Below, one piece after another: positions 39,985 to 52,302 of a DNA stretch of 64,000 bases; position 1 is the first letter of the stretch, and each line of letters starts with the position of its first letter. Both the position numbers and the translations under genes were made by a program. Source of the DNA: Octopus vulgaris (lineage: Eukaryota); NCBI GenBank assembly GCA_951406725.2, contig OX597817.1, positions 17,174,001 through 17,238,000 on the forward strand, given 5' to 3'. Below the pieces are notes generated by a model. That model made no database searches. It had not been told where the DNA came from and was given only the letters and a program-made list of their open reading frames with translations.

Positions 39985-40237
39985 ATATATATACATATAC
40001 GCACATATATATATATATATATATACACACACATATATACATATACACACACACACACATATATACATATACACACACACACATATATATACATATACAC
40101 ACATATATATACATATATATACACACACACACACATATATATATACATATACACACATATATATACATATATATATACACATATACACACATATATATAT
40201 ACACACACATATATATACATATACACACATATATATA

Positions 40238-40269
<32 letters not shown>

Positions 40270-40388
40270 TATATACATATACACACACACACACATATAC
40301 ATATACACATATATATATACACACACACACACACATATATATATACATATATATATATATGCATATATACACATATATATGTATATAT
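39985..40388. repeat. (TA)/(CA) compound microsatellite
   Basis: Direct reading. Confidence 0.95.
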
Positions 40389-40389
40389 G

Positions 40390-40915
40390 TTGCACAGAAG
40401 CCAGTTAGCTGCTCTGGCAACAATCACACTCGGATGGTGCTCTTAGCGCTCCACCAGCACTGATGCCAGTCATCGAATTTGATTTCGATTTCATTGCCTC
40501 AAAAGGTCTTCGCAAGCAGAGTTTAAGGAAAGGTACGCATAAGTGGGCTGGTTACACCCCTGGCATAGGCCACGAGGTTATAGTCTCACTTGGCTTGCTG
40601 GGTTTTCACAAGCACAGCATATTTCCAAAAGTCTCGGTCACTAGTCATTGCCTCGGTGAGGCATAATGTTCGAAGGTCATGCTTCACCACCACATCCCAG
40701 GTCTTTCTGTGTCTACCTCTTCCACAGATTCCCTCAACTGCTAGGGTGTGACACTTTTTCACACAGCTGTCCTCATCCATTCGCACCACATGACCATCTT
40801 GCACACCACATCTGATGCTTCTTAGGTCCACCTTTTCTCTCAAGGCACTTACACTCTGTCGAATATGCACACTGACAATACACATCCGGTGGAGCATACT
40901 GGCTTCATTCCTTGC
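40390..40915 (-). mobile_element. RTE LINE fragment (ORF C-terminus and start of 3' UTR)
   Basis: ORF 40586-40897 'RMDEDSCVKKCHTLAVEG...' is nearly identical to the RTE C-terminus. Confidence 0.9.
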
Positions 40916-41069
40916 AAGGAATATTTTCTTACATATTTGTATTGTCCTTTGAAATGCACGTATATACTGAATCCTATTTTGTGTTAAATCTAATTTTGAT
41001 TCAACATCTTTCTCTCCTCCATTTTTCTATAACTGTTTATGGTATATTTATATTTATGATATTTTTCAA

Positions 41070-41208
41070 CATACATGCATATATACTTATACATACATAT
41101 ATACATATATGTATACATACATACATATACATATATAATCATATATACATATATGTATACATACATACATACATATATATACATATATAATCATATATAC
41201 ATATATGT

Positions 41209-41239
<31 letters not shown>

Positions 41240-41302
41240 ATCATATATACATATATGTATACATACATATATATACATATATAATCATATATACATATAT
41301 GT

Positions 41303-41335
<33 letters not shown>

Positions 41336-41398
41336 ATCATATATACATATATGTATACATACATATATATATATATATAATCATATATACATATATGT

Positions 41399-41441
<43 letters not shown>

Positions 41442-41492
41442 CATATATACATATATGTATACATACATATATAATCATATATACATATATGT

Positions 41493-41525
<33 letters not shown>

Positions 41526-41638
41526 ATCATATATACATATATGTATACATACATATATATATATATATATATAATCATATATACATATATGTATACATAC
41601 ATATATATATATATATATAATCATATATACATATATGT

Positions 41639-41679
<41 letters not shown>

Positions 41680-41696
41680 CATATATACATATATGT

Positions 41697-41733
<37 letters not shown>

Positions 41734-41750
41734 CATATATACATATATGT

Positions 41751-41791
<41 letters not shown>

Positions 41792-41808
41792 CATATATAC
41801 ATATATGT

Positions 41809-41839
<31 letters not shown>

Positions 41840-41858
41840 ATCATATATACATATATGT

Positions 41859-41897
<39 letters not shown>

Positions 41898-41914
41898 CAT
41901 ATATACATATATGT

Positions 41915-41947
<33 letters not shown>

Positions 41948-41978
41948 ATCATATATACATATATATCTATATATATAT
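41070..41978. repeat. Minisatellite AATCATATATACATATATGTATACATAC(AT)n, about 17 units
   Basis: Fixed ~28-bp core with a variable (AT)n tract. Confidence 0.95.
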
Positions 41979-42434
41979 AAATTAATAGTTATCGCCATAC
42001 TAATATGGCATTCTTAAAAATAAGAATAAAGCTGTCGCTGATTAGCTCCATGAAGCCATCGCCTCAAGGAAGCTACTTGACACACAAACTGCGTCCGTTA
42101 TTAAACCTTCGAACAGGGGAGGTCAGCCGCTTCAACCTGCTAGTCCGACAGCTACAGACATGTTTCAGGGTTGTTGCCCCTTATCAATGCAGCATAGTCA
42201 GACCTGCAGGTGACGCTACTGACCGTCTCTGTTCAAAGATTTTACCTAGTTACGGTGGAATACATCCACTTGTTTTCAATAATAGAAATATTAAAATTAC
42301 TAAGTCTCTTTAAAAGAGATTACGACAGCGTTTCTGGAAATTAATAGTTATCGCCATACTAATATGGCATTCTTAAAAATAAGAATAAATCTGTCGCTGA
42401 TTAAAGAGACTTAGTAATTTTAATATTTCTATTA
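41979..42434 (-). mobile_element. Penelope-like element pLTR remnant (partial tandem repeat plus short inversion)
   Basis: ~65-bp direct repeat (41979-42044 / 42338-42403), 33-bp inverted repeat (42280-42312 / 42402-42434), internal minimal hammerhead, (TA)n flanks. Confidence 0.6.
42151..42193 (-). ncRNA. Minimal type I hammerhead ribozyme, U3-A8 core variant
   Basis: Minus strand GCUGCA-UUGAUAA-GGGG(caacaa)CCCU-GAAA-CAUG-UC/UGUAGC: stem I, stem II, palindromic ACAUGU stem III, GUC cleavage triplet. Confidence 0.75.
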
Positions 42435-42628
42435 TATATATATAGTAAATAGGGTAATAAAATAAATCATTATTACCAGTGATCTAGCACGAAAGACAAA
42501 TTAGTCATTAGACTATATGTTATTCATATATAAGTACATTAAAAGGCCTCTAAAAGAAGAAGCAAGTACTAGATACACAAAAAGGGGATAAATTCATGAA
42601 ATGAAAATCAAAAACGTTTACAAACTCA

Positions 42629-42709
42629 GCTCATCTTGTACTGCAGTTTCGTCTTTTTTAGCAGATGAATATAATTTATCTGCCAAGGCTAGACTCATCA
42701 GCAAGCAGC
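42629..42709 (-). ncRNA. Type I hammerhead ribozyme (left arm of palindrome)
   Basis: Reverse complement of the motif at 42870-42954: CUGAUGA / GAAAC-UGCA-GUA core. Confidence 0.75.
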
Positions 42710-42869
42710 CTTTATCATCCTAGAAGTACATATCGTTAGAAGCATGTGCAATTCTAACGACCTGCCTTCTCTAACTTTTCAGACTTTCAGACTGGTCTGA
42801 AAAGTTAGAGAAGGCAGGTCGTTAGAATTGCACATGCTTCTAACGATATGTACTTCTAGGATGATAAAG

Positions 42870-42954
42870 GCTGCTTGCTGATGAGTCTAGCCTTGGCAGA
42901 TAAATTATATTCATCTGCTAAAAAAAAAAGACGAAACTGCAGTACAAGATGAGC
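42870..42954 (+). ncRNA. Type I hammerhead ribozyme (right arm of palindrome)
   Basis: GCUGCUUG-CUGAUGA-GUC...GAC-GAAA-CUGCAG-UA/CAAG-AUG-AGC; palindromic ACUGCAGU stem III; predicted cleavage after A42944. Confidence 0.78.
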
Positions 42955-43047
42955 TGAGTTTGTAAACGTTTTTGATTTTCATTTCATGAATTTATCCCCT
43001 TTTTGTGTATCTAGTACTTGCTTCTTCTTTAGAGGCCTTTTAATGTA

Positions 43048-43105
<58 letters not shown>

Positions 43106-43249
43106 TGCGTGCATGCACATGCACACACACCCACATGCACATTAGGGTGTCCTGAAAGTAATTGTGTTTTTTTGACCACTATGAAATATGAAGCAATGGA
43201 AAACATCTGTGAAGTGTATCTGGATACAGTGAAATCTCGTACATGTGGT

Positions 43250-43475
43250 TTAACCCTTTTGTTACCATATTTATTTTGAGATGCTCTCTGTTTCTTTCAG
43301 TTATTCTAAATATAACAGAGAAGTTAGTAAAACAATTTAGTTATCATTCAGCTAGTGTTAAGAACATAAATTGTGACTAAGGTTTAGAAGACTTTAATTG
43401 AAAACTTATGAAAATAAAACATTTGAACTACAGAGCCAGAGCTGGTTTCAGTCGGGTTGGTAACCAAAGGGTTAA
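43250..43475. mobile_element. piggyBac-like MITE
   Basis: TTAA-CCCTTTTGTTACCA...TGGTAACCAAAGGG-TTAA. Confidence 0.8.
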
Positions 43476-44007
43476 AGATGGCGATTGTGACATGTCTGAC
43501 AAGCCTCACTCTGGAAGAGGATCCAGTCTGAATGAGATTATCACATCAGGTCCACATCAAAGAACTAGAGACTTGGCACAAAAGTTTACTGCGCCATGTT
43601 CAACTATCCACAAACACATCTCAAGCAAATTGGGAAAACATGCTAAGAGGGAATTTGTGTTCCACTTGAGCTTAGGTTTGAGAACAAAACACAATGCTCC
43701 ACCAAGCAGTTTTATAACCAGGAATAACAACCTGTCATTACTGCAGTGAACTGTTACAGGTGATGAAAAATTGGCTTTGGTTCACAACAGAAAATGAAAA
43801 AGACAATAGGTATTATGTAATAAGAGGCCACTGCCAACTCTAAAATCAGAACTCCATCCACAAAAATCCTTGCACCTGATGTAAAAAATGCCTGAAAGTA
43901 AGTCACAATCAAGCAAGACAACTCACATCAGGTTGTTTCTTAGAGTGACAGACATCAATGTTTCATCATCGTTTTGACTTATCAATGCCACATACTGAAC
44001 AAGGCTT

Positions 44008-44336
44008 CATGATCATCATTGTTCGACCGTGGTCGAGACAATGGAATTTACCATGCTACGCCAGACTTCATGGTCCATCATGGCATTACAGAGGTCCTGT
44101 TGCTGGATGCCTGTATCCCTGGAGATTACATCAGGGTAGGAGAGTGTGCACCCTCTGGTATTGCGAGTAGATGGCTTCCAGAGGAGAAGAGTAGAAATTA
44201 CCTCTTTTTCAGCTCTACAACAATGTCCAGCAAGCTGGACTCTCCTACCTTTCACAAGAGATGACACAGGTGGTAGTTTCCCATATATTTGCATTTTGGT
44301 TGGATGGCACTTCCACGAGAGATTTTGAGCTCTCAT
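44008..44336 (-). mobile_element. Second copy of the same short LINE family
   Basis: Near-identical to 7503-7760; TSD AACAAGGCTT. Confidence 0.85.
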
Positions 44337-44956
44337 AACAAGGCTTACTACAAGCCATATCATCAACTCTGGCTATATGCTAAATGGTTTAAACAATATC
44401 TGTTGGCATGTTCTGACATTTTATACCACGGAAAAAATTCAAATATGAATCAGAAGCAGATATAGTTAAGATGTTTGCTTCACATCCAGGTGCCAGATAG
44501 TTTTGCATTCAGACCAACTGCGTAGTACCTTGAGCAAGTGTCTTCTACAATTCCCTCTGAGTTGACCAACGTCATGTGAGTGATTATGGTAAATAAAAAC
44601 AGCATTCCATGAAAACATATCTAGTCATGGAGAAATATTACCTTGTTTGGAAACAGGTAAGGGTTGGCAACAGAAAGGGCACCCAGCTGTAAAAAATCTG
44701 CCACAGTGAATTCTATCCAAACCCACGCAAGCATGGAAAAGTGGATATTAAAACAATGGTGATGATGAAGTGGATGATGATTGTGTGTGTGTGTGTGTGT
44801 AGATGTATACAGACACATCGTTTTCCATTAAGTTTTGATCACCGAATTTGTCTAGTAGCAATTCCTGATTGATTTTACAGAATACAATGAATGATTGATC
44901 TGCTTGTGTAACATTATGTCATTGTCATAGTTATGACAGCTGTAGCTGCTATGACA

Positions 44957-44988
44957 GTAGAGTAGTAGTAGTAGTAGTGGTGGTGGTG

Positions 44989-45029
<41 letters not shown>

Positions 45030-45054
45030 GGTGGTGGTGGTGGTGGTGGTGGTG

Positions 45055-45100
<46 letters not shown>

Positions 45101-45246
45101 CAGCAACTGCAGGAGCTGTCGCAATAGTAGTAGTAGTACCACCAGCAGCTGCAGTAGCTGCAGCAACAACAGCACCTGCAGCTGCAGTAGTAGTAATAGC
45201 AGTAGCAGCACCTGCAGTAGTAGTGGTGGTAGTAGTAGTAGTAGTA
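44957..45246. repeat. (GTA)/(GTG)/(GCA) trinucleotide repeat
   Basis: Direct reading. Confidence 0.95.
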
Positions 45247-47534
45247 AGAACAAAAGTGGAGCTAGTGTTTACTAATTGTGATATATTGTATCAGATAATC
45301 ACTTTGAGTTTTTAGGACACCTTCAATTAGTCTTTATTCTTGATCTCCCTTCAATCTTTATAAAATGGTTGTGTTTTTAGGTGGGGGGGGGGTTCCCTTG
45401 TTTCATTTAAGTGTACTCTTCGATCTAACTTGTGCTTCTTTATTCAAATGCTCACATGATAGGTGAACTAGTATTTCATCTCTGAAAACTGGGGGTTTTT
45501 TTCCCTTTTTTTCCTTTCTTTTCTGTATTTTTTTTTTATACATTTGAATGGATCCAACAATACAATCATATAAACACAACACAAAACACCTCATGGTGTT
45601 TGCAGCTATCCTGTGGATGTGATTATTTATGATTGATATTTTTTGTTAATTAAGGGTATTAGAACATCTATTATTCCACCCCCCACCTCAATTTATATCA
45701 TTTAAACACTAAGTAATTAAACAATAATTAAATATGTTTCATCAGATATCTGTAATATAAATGGTATGTATACAACTGAGATTCAAGCATTTATTTTGTT
45801 GTGCTAAAAAAGAGAGCCAAGTCATAAAAAAAGGAAGCTTAATACTAATAGTTGTAAACATTTAGAATTAATGAGGTTATGACACTAAGTTGCATTAAAT
45901 TATATAATTAATGATATGACATTTTCCTAAAGTTATTTTCCTTTCACTTTTGATACACAAATAGATTATTAGTCAAGAAGTTGTCATAAATATATTTAGT
46001 TCTGTTTAATGAGAGAGAGAGAGAGAGTTTTTGATACATTTATCAAAATGAATAAGAAAGAGGAAAAGGTGACTCAAAAATGATGCAAACAGACTTGGGT
46101 GGCTTGTAAACCACAGGTATAAAATTTAATAGATGATGAAGTAGTGAACAGGTAAAACATTGAATCTAGATCATTTATAGTATTTAGTTTTATTGCTCTA
46201 CATTCTGAGTTCAAATCTCATTAAGGCCAACTTTGGTTTCAACTTCACCAGAGTCAATAAAACAAGTTCTAGTAATACACACATATACAGATACACACAC
46301 AACTAACCTTCTCCTGTAAAAATATGGCCTTCTATGTAGCAAAATAATAATAAAAAAAAAAAAGAATTAATGGTTTATATGTTGGATCTGATTATTTGAT
46401 TCTGACACAAACAGCACCCATGCAGGTGACATGTAAAAGGCACCCAGTACACTCTGTGGAGCGGTTGGTGTTAGGAAGGGTGTCTAGCCATAGAAACCAA
46501 GCCAAAACAGACTAGAATCTTGTGCAGCTCTCTGGCTTACCATCTCCAACTAAACCATCTAACCCATGCCAGCATAGCAAAATGCATAGCATTATATGGG
46601 TCAAGGGAATTTATTTCATTCTATTCAATTTGATAAAGGAGTAGAACCAGTTTGCCTAACACTATAAATTTTACCTAGCTACAAAAAACCTTGTTCTACT
46701 CCAATCCCAATAACAAACCTGTTCAATCAACAACAGTACTCAAAATGTATGTAAAAGTGGTTTCTTCTACACTATTCTGCTTTTGGTAACATTGTCATAA
46801 AACTTAGGGGGTTAACTAATCTTACATTTTCATGTTGATCTATAAGTGTTATGTAAAGATTTCAATATGCAATGTTTCTACTCTCTTTTACACTCTTCCA
46901 AATAAACTGTCTTAGCAAATTATCTCTATCCTCTCACTATTTAACGTATACACTACACAAAATGCATTACCTGCTCCTAATAAATAATAGCTATCCTAGC
47001 TTGAAAACACATGAGGATTGGTATCAGAAAAAAACATCTAGCCTCAAAACTCTCTGCATCAACAGTTTCATGTGACCTATGCAAGCATTGAAAAATTGAT
47101 GTTAAAACAACGATGGTGATCATTATCAGCTTCTTCAAAATAAACTTTTCTTAATTGTAGATTTCACATAATGTGTTTGTGTAAGCAAATTTGTGCAAAC
47201 GAGAGAAAGCATGCATGTTTATTTCACCTGCGAGAATGGCTGGACTGATGAACTTACTAAAATCCTCAAACATTTTTTTTTCCTTTTAAATTTTCTAAAG
47301 AACCACAAGAAAATATATTTTGGGAGCAAGCCTTAACTCTTTCTGAGATAAAAAATTTTGTGATAAATTATACAAGCATAATATACATGTGCATGTGTGT
47401 GTGTGTAGCAGGGATGTATTTCATAATAACAATGAACGGCAGACAAGATTTGAAGTCAGAACAACAAAACATCAAACCTTCAGGAAGAAACCCTAATTTA
47501 ACTATCATTGTACTTAAATAAAGTGAATACTTAC

Positions 47535-47629
47535 CTCTAAATGACTGTGGAAGGTTTTCTGGTCTTCCCAGTCATCTTCATAAACTTCATACAATGTGTC
47601 ACAGAGTGTCTTGTTGGCATATGATACAG
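47535..47629 (-). CDS. Amph: Amph BAR exon, 95 nt: (x)VSYANKTLCDTLYEVYEDDWEDQKTFHSHLE
   Basis: ttccag acceptor, gtaagt donor; resembles BIN1 'CLQEVYEPDWPG'; phase 1 in, phase 0 out. Confidence 0.9.
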
Positions 47630-49210
47630 CTGGAAGAGAAATAAACGAGGTTCAAGTGACACCAAGAGTGTGGAGTATTGTTTTAAATGGAAAGGAATAC
47701 AGGTTGGTAGAATCTGAAGGGGCTCCATTTTGGTCAATGTATGATGGGAAGGGAGACAGGGGGACAAATAGAAGTCAAATTAAGGTGACTGAACATGATG
47801 AAATCACTGTCATCCATACATACAGGCTTGTTCTTTATAGGTGCCAGTTCTACATAAAATGCACTCATGTCAGTTGGAGCCTGGACAGCTACCTGGCCTG
47901 TCAGCTCCTGTCAAATTGTCTAACCCTTGCAAGTACAGAAAACAGACATTAAATGATGATGATGATGATGATGAGAGGGATGCAAGAGAAGTATGAAGGA
48001 AGAAAATATAGATGAGTGAAGGAGACAGAAAAGGAAGAAGGGGGAAGGAGAAAGAAGAGGTAAGAGAGAAAAGACAAGAGGAGAGACGAGAGGGTAGATG
48101 AAGACAGGTCATAACTATAAGGAGTTGTTAGGGGGCTAATGTGATGAGAGAAGTGAGATGGAAATGATTAAGATGGAGGTTTTCACTATAAAGAACACCA
48201 CACACACACATACACATACATTCATTCATTTCCTACCCATTCCATTCGGTCATTATCAGACCATTTCTGAGTGAGAGTCTCAGATAAAGTGGTCATTGCC
48301 ACTTTATCCATGCTGGCCATTTGCAGGCTGGATGGGGTGCTCCTCTAACTAAGTGATAAGCCCTGGTTATTGGTATTTTGATGAAATTTAAACTTAGAAT
48401 AGAAAGTGCCTGATGAGATACAGCAAGGAATCTCATCTGATACTAACATTTCTCCCAATCCATTGTGCCTGATATCATTAACCCCAAAAGGAGGTAAGGC
48501 AAAAGTAATATAAATAGGTGAGTGGAAGCTTATTCGATTCTTGGTACATTAAAAAATAAAAAGTAGGACAAAATATGCAATGAAAGGTGGTGGTCATGGT
48601 GGCAATCAGTCTTCCAGTCAAACCAAAGAAACAAGGTTTGTTTTTTTCCATTACTAATATTATCTGTTCTAACTCCTGATAAGAGGGGTGTTACCTTGCT
48701 TTTTTCTAGTGACAGATGAGATTCGAACTTAGAATGCACAGAACCAATACAGATACTGCAAGGCATCTCATCCAATGACCCAATACTCTAAAACTTTTGC
48801 CAATCCTCCCAACAACCCAGACTTTGTTGATCCCTGAAAGGATGAAAGACAGTGTCCTCAGCAGGATTTGAACTCAGAGCACTGAGACTTGGAACAAAAT
48901 CTGCAAGGTATTCTATCCCATGCTAAAACAACTATGCCCATTCACCACCCTGTAATCAGAAAAATAATATTAGCAGAAGAAGAATATTATAGCTTCAATG
49001 TTTTATAAAAAATATAAAAGGTTACTAGTCAGGTTTTATGTTGTTACGGCATTCTCAGCCATAGTACTTATTTATTATGCAGATACTACCTCAGAATTAT
49101 TTAATACCTACCACCACATACACATTTCAGTAGATTTATTTACTGCTCTATTTGCTAGCACTTTAGCAAACAAAAATGAAACTAGGACTATATTTCTAAG
49201 AAAGCTGAAA

Positions 49211-49385
49211 CGCAGGAGTGGCTGTGTGGTAAGTAGCTTGCTTACCAACCACATGGTTCCGGGTTCAGTCCCACTGCGTGGCACCTTGGGCAAGTGTATT
49301 CTACTATAGCCTCGGGCCGACCAATGCCTTGTGAGTGGATTTGGTAGACGGAAACTGAAAGAAGCCCATCGTATATATGCATATG

Positions 49386-49424
<39 letters not shown>

Positions 49425-49633
49425 TTGTGTGTCTGTGTTTGTCCCCCTAGCATCGCTTGACAACCAATGCTGGTGAGTTTATGTCCCTGTAACTTAGCGG
49501 TTCGGCAAAAGAGACCGATAGAATAAGTACCAGGCTTACAAAGAATATGTCCTGGGGTCGATTTGGTCGACTAAAGGTGGTGCTCCAGCAAGGCCGCAGT
49601 CAAATGACTGAAACAAGTTAAAGAGTAAGAGTA
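49211..49633 (+). mobile_element. SINE family A
   Basis: Same sequence family as 6497-6866. Confidence 0.9.
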
Positions 49634-50239
49634 TCTAGAAAAGTATCCAATATTTGTGAAATAGAAATAAAATTAGTCATTAACTAATATTAGTTTTCTC
49701 CCACTGCATATTTAATCATACTTGAGTTCTGGACACTTCAAGCGTTAAATATGGTGTCACCTATTTAGCTATTATTCATTACATAGATGGCATCACAAAT
49801 CAAAAATATATTAATTTATTATAACTCCTCTGTCATTGTCCTCCAAGCTATAAAACATCGGCTTTCCATGGGAACTTCTTTACACCGATGACCTAGTTTT
49901 ATGCTGAATCAGTCATGTAATAAGAGAAGAAATTTCAGATGTGGAAGCAAAACATAGAATTAAGAAGACTCAAGTTAAGTTAATAAAGATTAAAGTATTA
50001 GCAAGCAGGAAATAAGTTGGGATCTTGCCTCCATCAGGGAGGCTGAACCATGTTCAATATGCACGAAAAAGAAGTAGATAGGAATTCCATAGGGTATACT
50101 CATCTTAAACTACTGTTGAGCAAAAGATGCAGTTGAATCTAAAGCAAGGTAGTAGAGAAAATAGAATTTACGTGCAACAGGTGCACAGTTCAGTAAAAAC
50201 GATTGTTAGGTTTTGCAACCTTGATAATCTTGGTAATAT

Positions 50240-50252
50240 ACATACACACATA

Positions 50253-50310
<58 letters not shown>

Positions 50311-50397
50311 TACATATACATATATAAATATATATACATACACATATATAAATATATATACATATATATAAATATATATATATACACATATATAATA

Positions 50398-50461
<64 letters not shown>

Positions 50462-50498
50462 ACACACACACACACACACAACATATATAAAAAAAACA

Positions 50499-50553
<55 letters not shown>

Positions 50554-50572
50554 GTATACACACATACATACT

Positions 50573-50611
<39 letters not shown>

Positions 50612-50898
50612 TATTAATAAAAGGAATTCCAACCTTGTCTGATTTTCACGTTTTATTTACAATCTTATAATGATATATTATAAGATAATATAATATAATA
50701 AAATAAAATAAAATAATAGAATGCTAAATGTTCATTCTGATTGAACTAGTACTTTCATGCATTAAATTATGCAATCTTCATGTAGTAGTGGTGACAGTCA
50801 TGCTTCACACACACACATACACATATATATACATACATACATGCACACACACACATATATATACATACATGCACACACACACACACACACATATATAT

Positions 50899-50929
<31 letters not shown>

Positions 50930-50934
50930 TATAT

Positions 50935-50967
<33 letters not shown>

Positions 50968-50972
50968 TATAT

Positions 50973-51015
<43 letters not shown>

Positions 51016-51060
51016 CATACATACACATATTTATAAACACACACACACACATATTTATAA

Positions 51061-51117
<57 letters not shown>

Positions 51118-51150
51118 TACATGATATATATACATATACACGATACACTC
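50240..51150. repeat. (TA)/(CA)/(TACA) compound microsatellite tracts
   Basis: Direct reading. Confidence 0.93.
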
Positions 51151-51518
51151 TCTAAAGTGTGGACTCAAGAGGGCACTTTAGTTCTGTCAAAAAACATGAC
51201 AACCTCTCTGGTGCTGATGCCACAATGAAATTCTTTCAGTATACTCTGTAAAGTGGTAAATGTTAAGAAGGTCATAGACAAGATGTATACTCCAATCTCT
51301 CTGGTAGAGCAGTATCTCTAAACTGACATAGATAATGACAACCCATCCAACTGATACTAGCATAGAAAGCTAATGTAAATTAATGACAACGATGGTGCCG
51401 CTGCTGGCAATGATGATGGTGATTATCCAAAGCTAAATCTTCCTGCTATTACTATTCTGAATTTCCCCATTTCTATTTTTCACAGCTGTAAATGAATGAC
51501 TATACTCTACTCTCTCTT

Positions 51519-51923
51519 TACTCTTTTACTTGTTTCAGTCATTTGACTGCGGCCATGCTGGAGCACCGCCTTTAGTCGAGCAACTCGACCCCGGGACTTA
51601 TTCTTTTTGTAAGCCCAGTACTTATTCTATCAGTCTCTTTTGCCGAACCGCTAAGTGACGGGGACGTAAACACACCAGCATCACTTGTCAAGCAATGCTA
51701 GGGGGACAAACACAGACACACAAACACACACACATACATATATATATATATACATATATACGACAGGCTTCTTTCAGTTTCCGTCTACCAAATCCACTCA
51801 CAAGGCATTGGTCGGCCCGGGGCTATAGAAGAAGACACTTGCCCAAGATGCCACGCAGTGGGACTGAACCCGGAACCATGTGGTTGGTTAGCAAGCTACT
51901 TACCACACAGCCACTCCTGCGCC
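51519..51923 (-). mobile_element. SINE family A
   Basis: Reverse complement of family A. Confidence 0.9.
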
Positions 51924-52248
51924 TACACAAAAATTAAAAAAAAATTTTTTTTTACTTAAGTTGATAAAGTCATATGTTATTTTCTATAGCCTTGAGTAAA
52001 TCCATTTCTTGTGAGGGAAAGGATGTAAATGGAAATTTTGTGGAAGTCTGTCGGATGTACCTATAATTGAAAAGATATAACCATATGGCTTTGTCACACA
52101 CTGTGTTATGCTGGTTCTGCATGATAATTAAATCAAAAGTATGTGTGTCTGGTATGCTCAGTCACAAACACATTAATTCAGGAACAGGTAATCTGAGTCA
52201 TTGAACAATTGAGACATTGTTGAATGACAAAGATACATTTATATATAT

Positions 52249-52302
<54 letters not shown>

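Larger units (their letters stand above)
42526..43056. repeat. ~260-bp near-perfect inverted repeat with 10-bp spacer; probable inverted Penelope-like pLTR
   Basis: Arms 42526-42784 and 42795-43056 differ only in two homopolymer lengths; spacer TTTCAGACTG. Confidence 0.95.
43143..45322 (+). mobile_element. Degraded mariner element with nested insertions
   Basis: TIR-like ends TAGGGTGTCCTGAAA / TTTAGGACACC; VTGDEK-coding remnant near 43753; interrupted by a MITE, a LINE and repeats. Confidence 0.6.
4778..47629 (-). other. Amph: Amphiphysin/BIN1-like gene (N-BAR + linker + SH3), partial at the 5' end; span of identified coding exons
   Basis: Manually spliced GT-AG exons with consistent phases give BAR motifs (KINKRGRKLVDLD; KKRDEAKIAK; ELQVELPEFYDKRVPFY) and an amphiphysin-type SH3 ([30 protein letters not shown]...[26 protein letters not shown]). 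Confidence 0.95.

Noticed and set aside
39943-41896. Numerous Y/I/C/V/H/T-rich ORFs (also at 50168-51155 and 53131-53687)
   Set aside because: These are translations of microsatellites.
44852-45315. Poly-Leu/Pro and poly-Val ORFs
   Set aside because: Trinucleotide repeat with no supporting splice or gene context.
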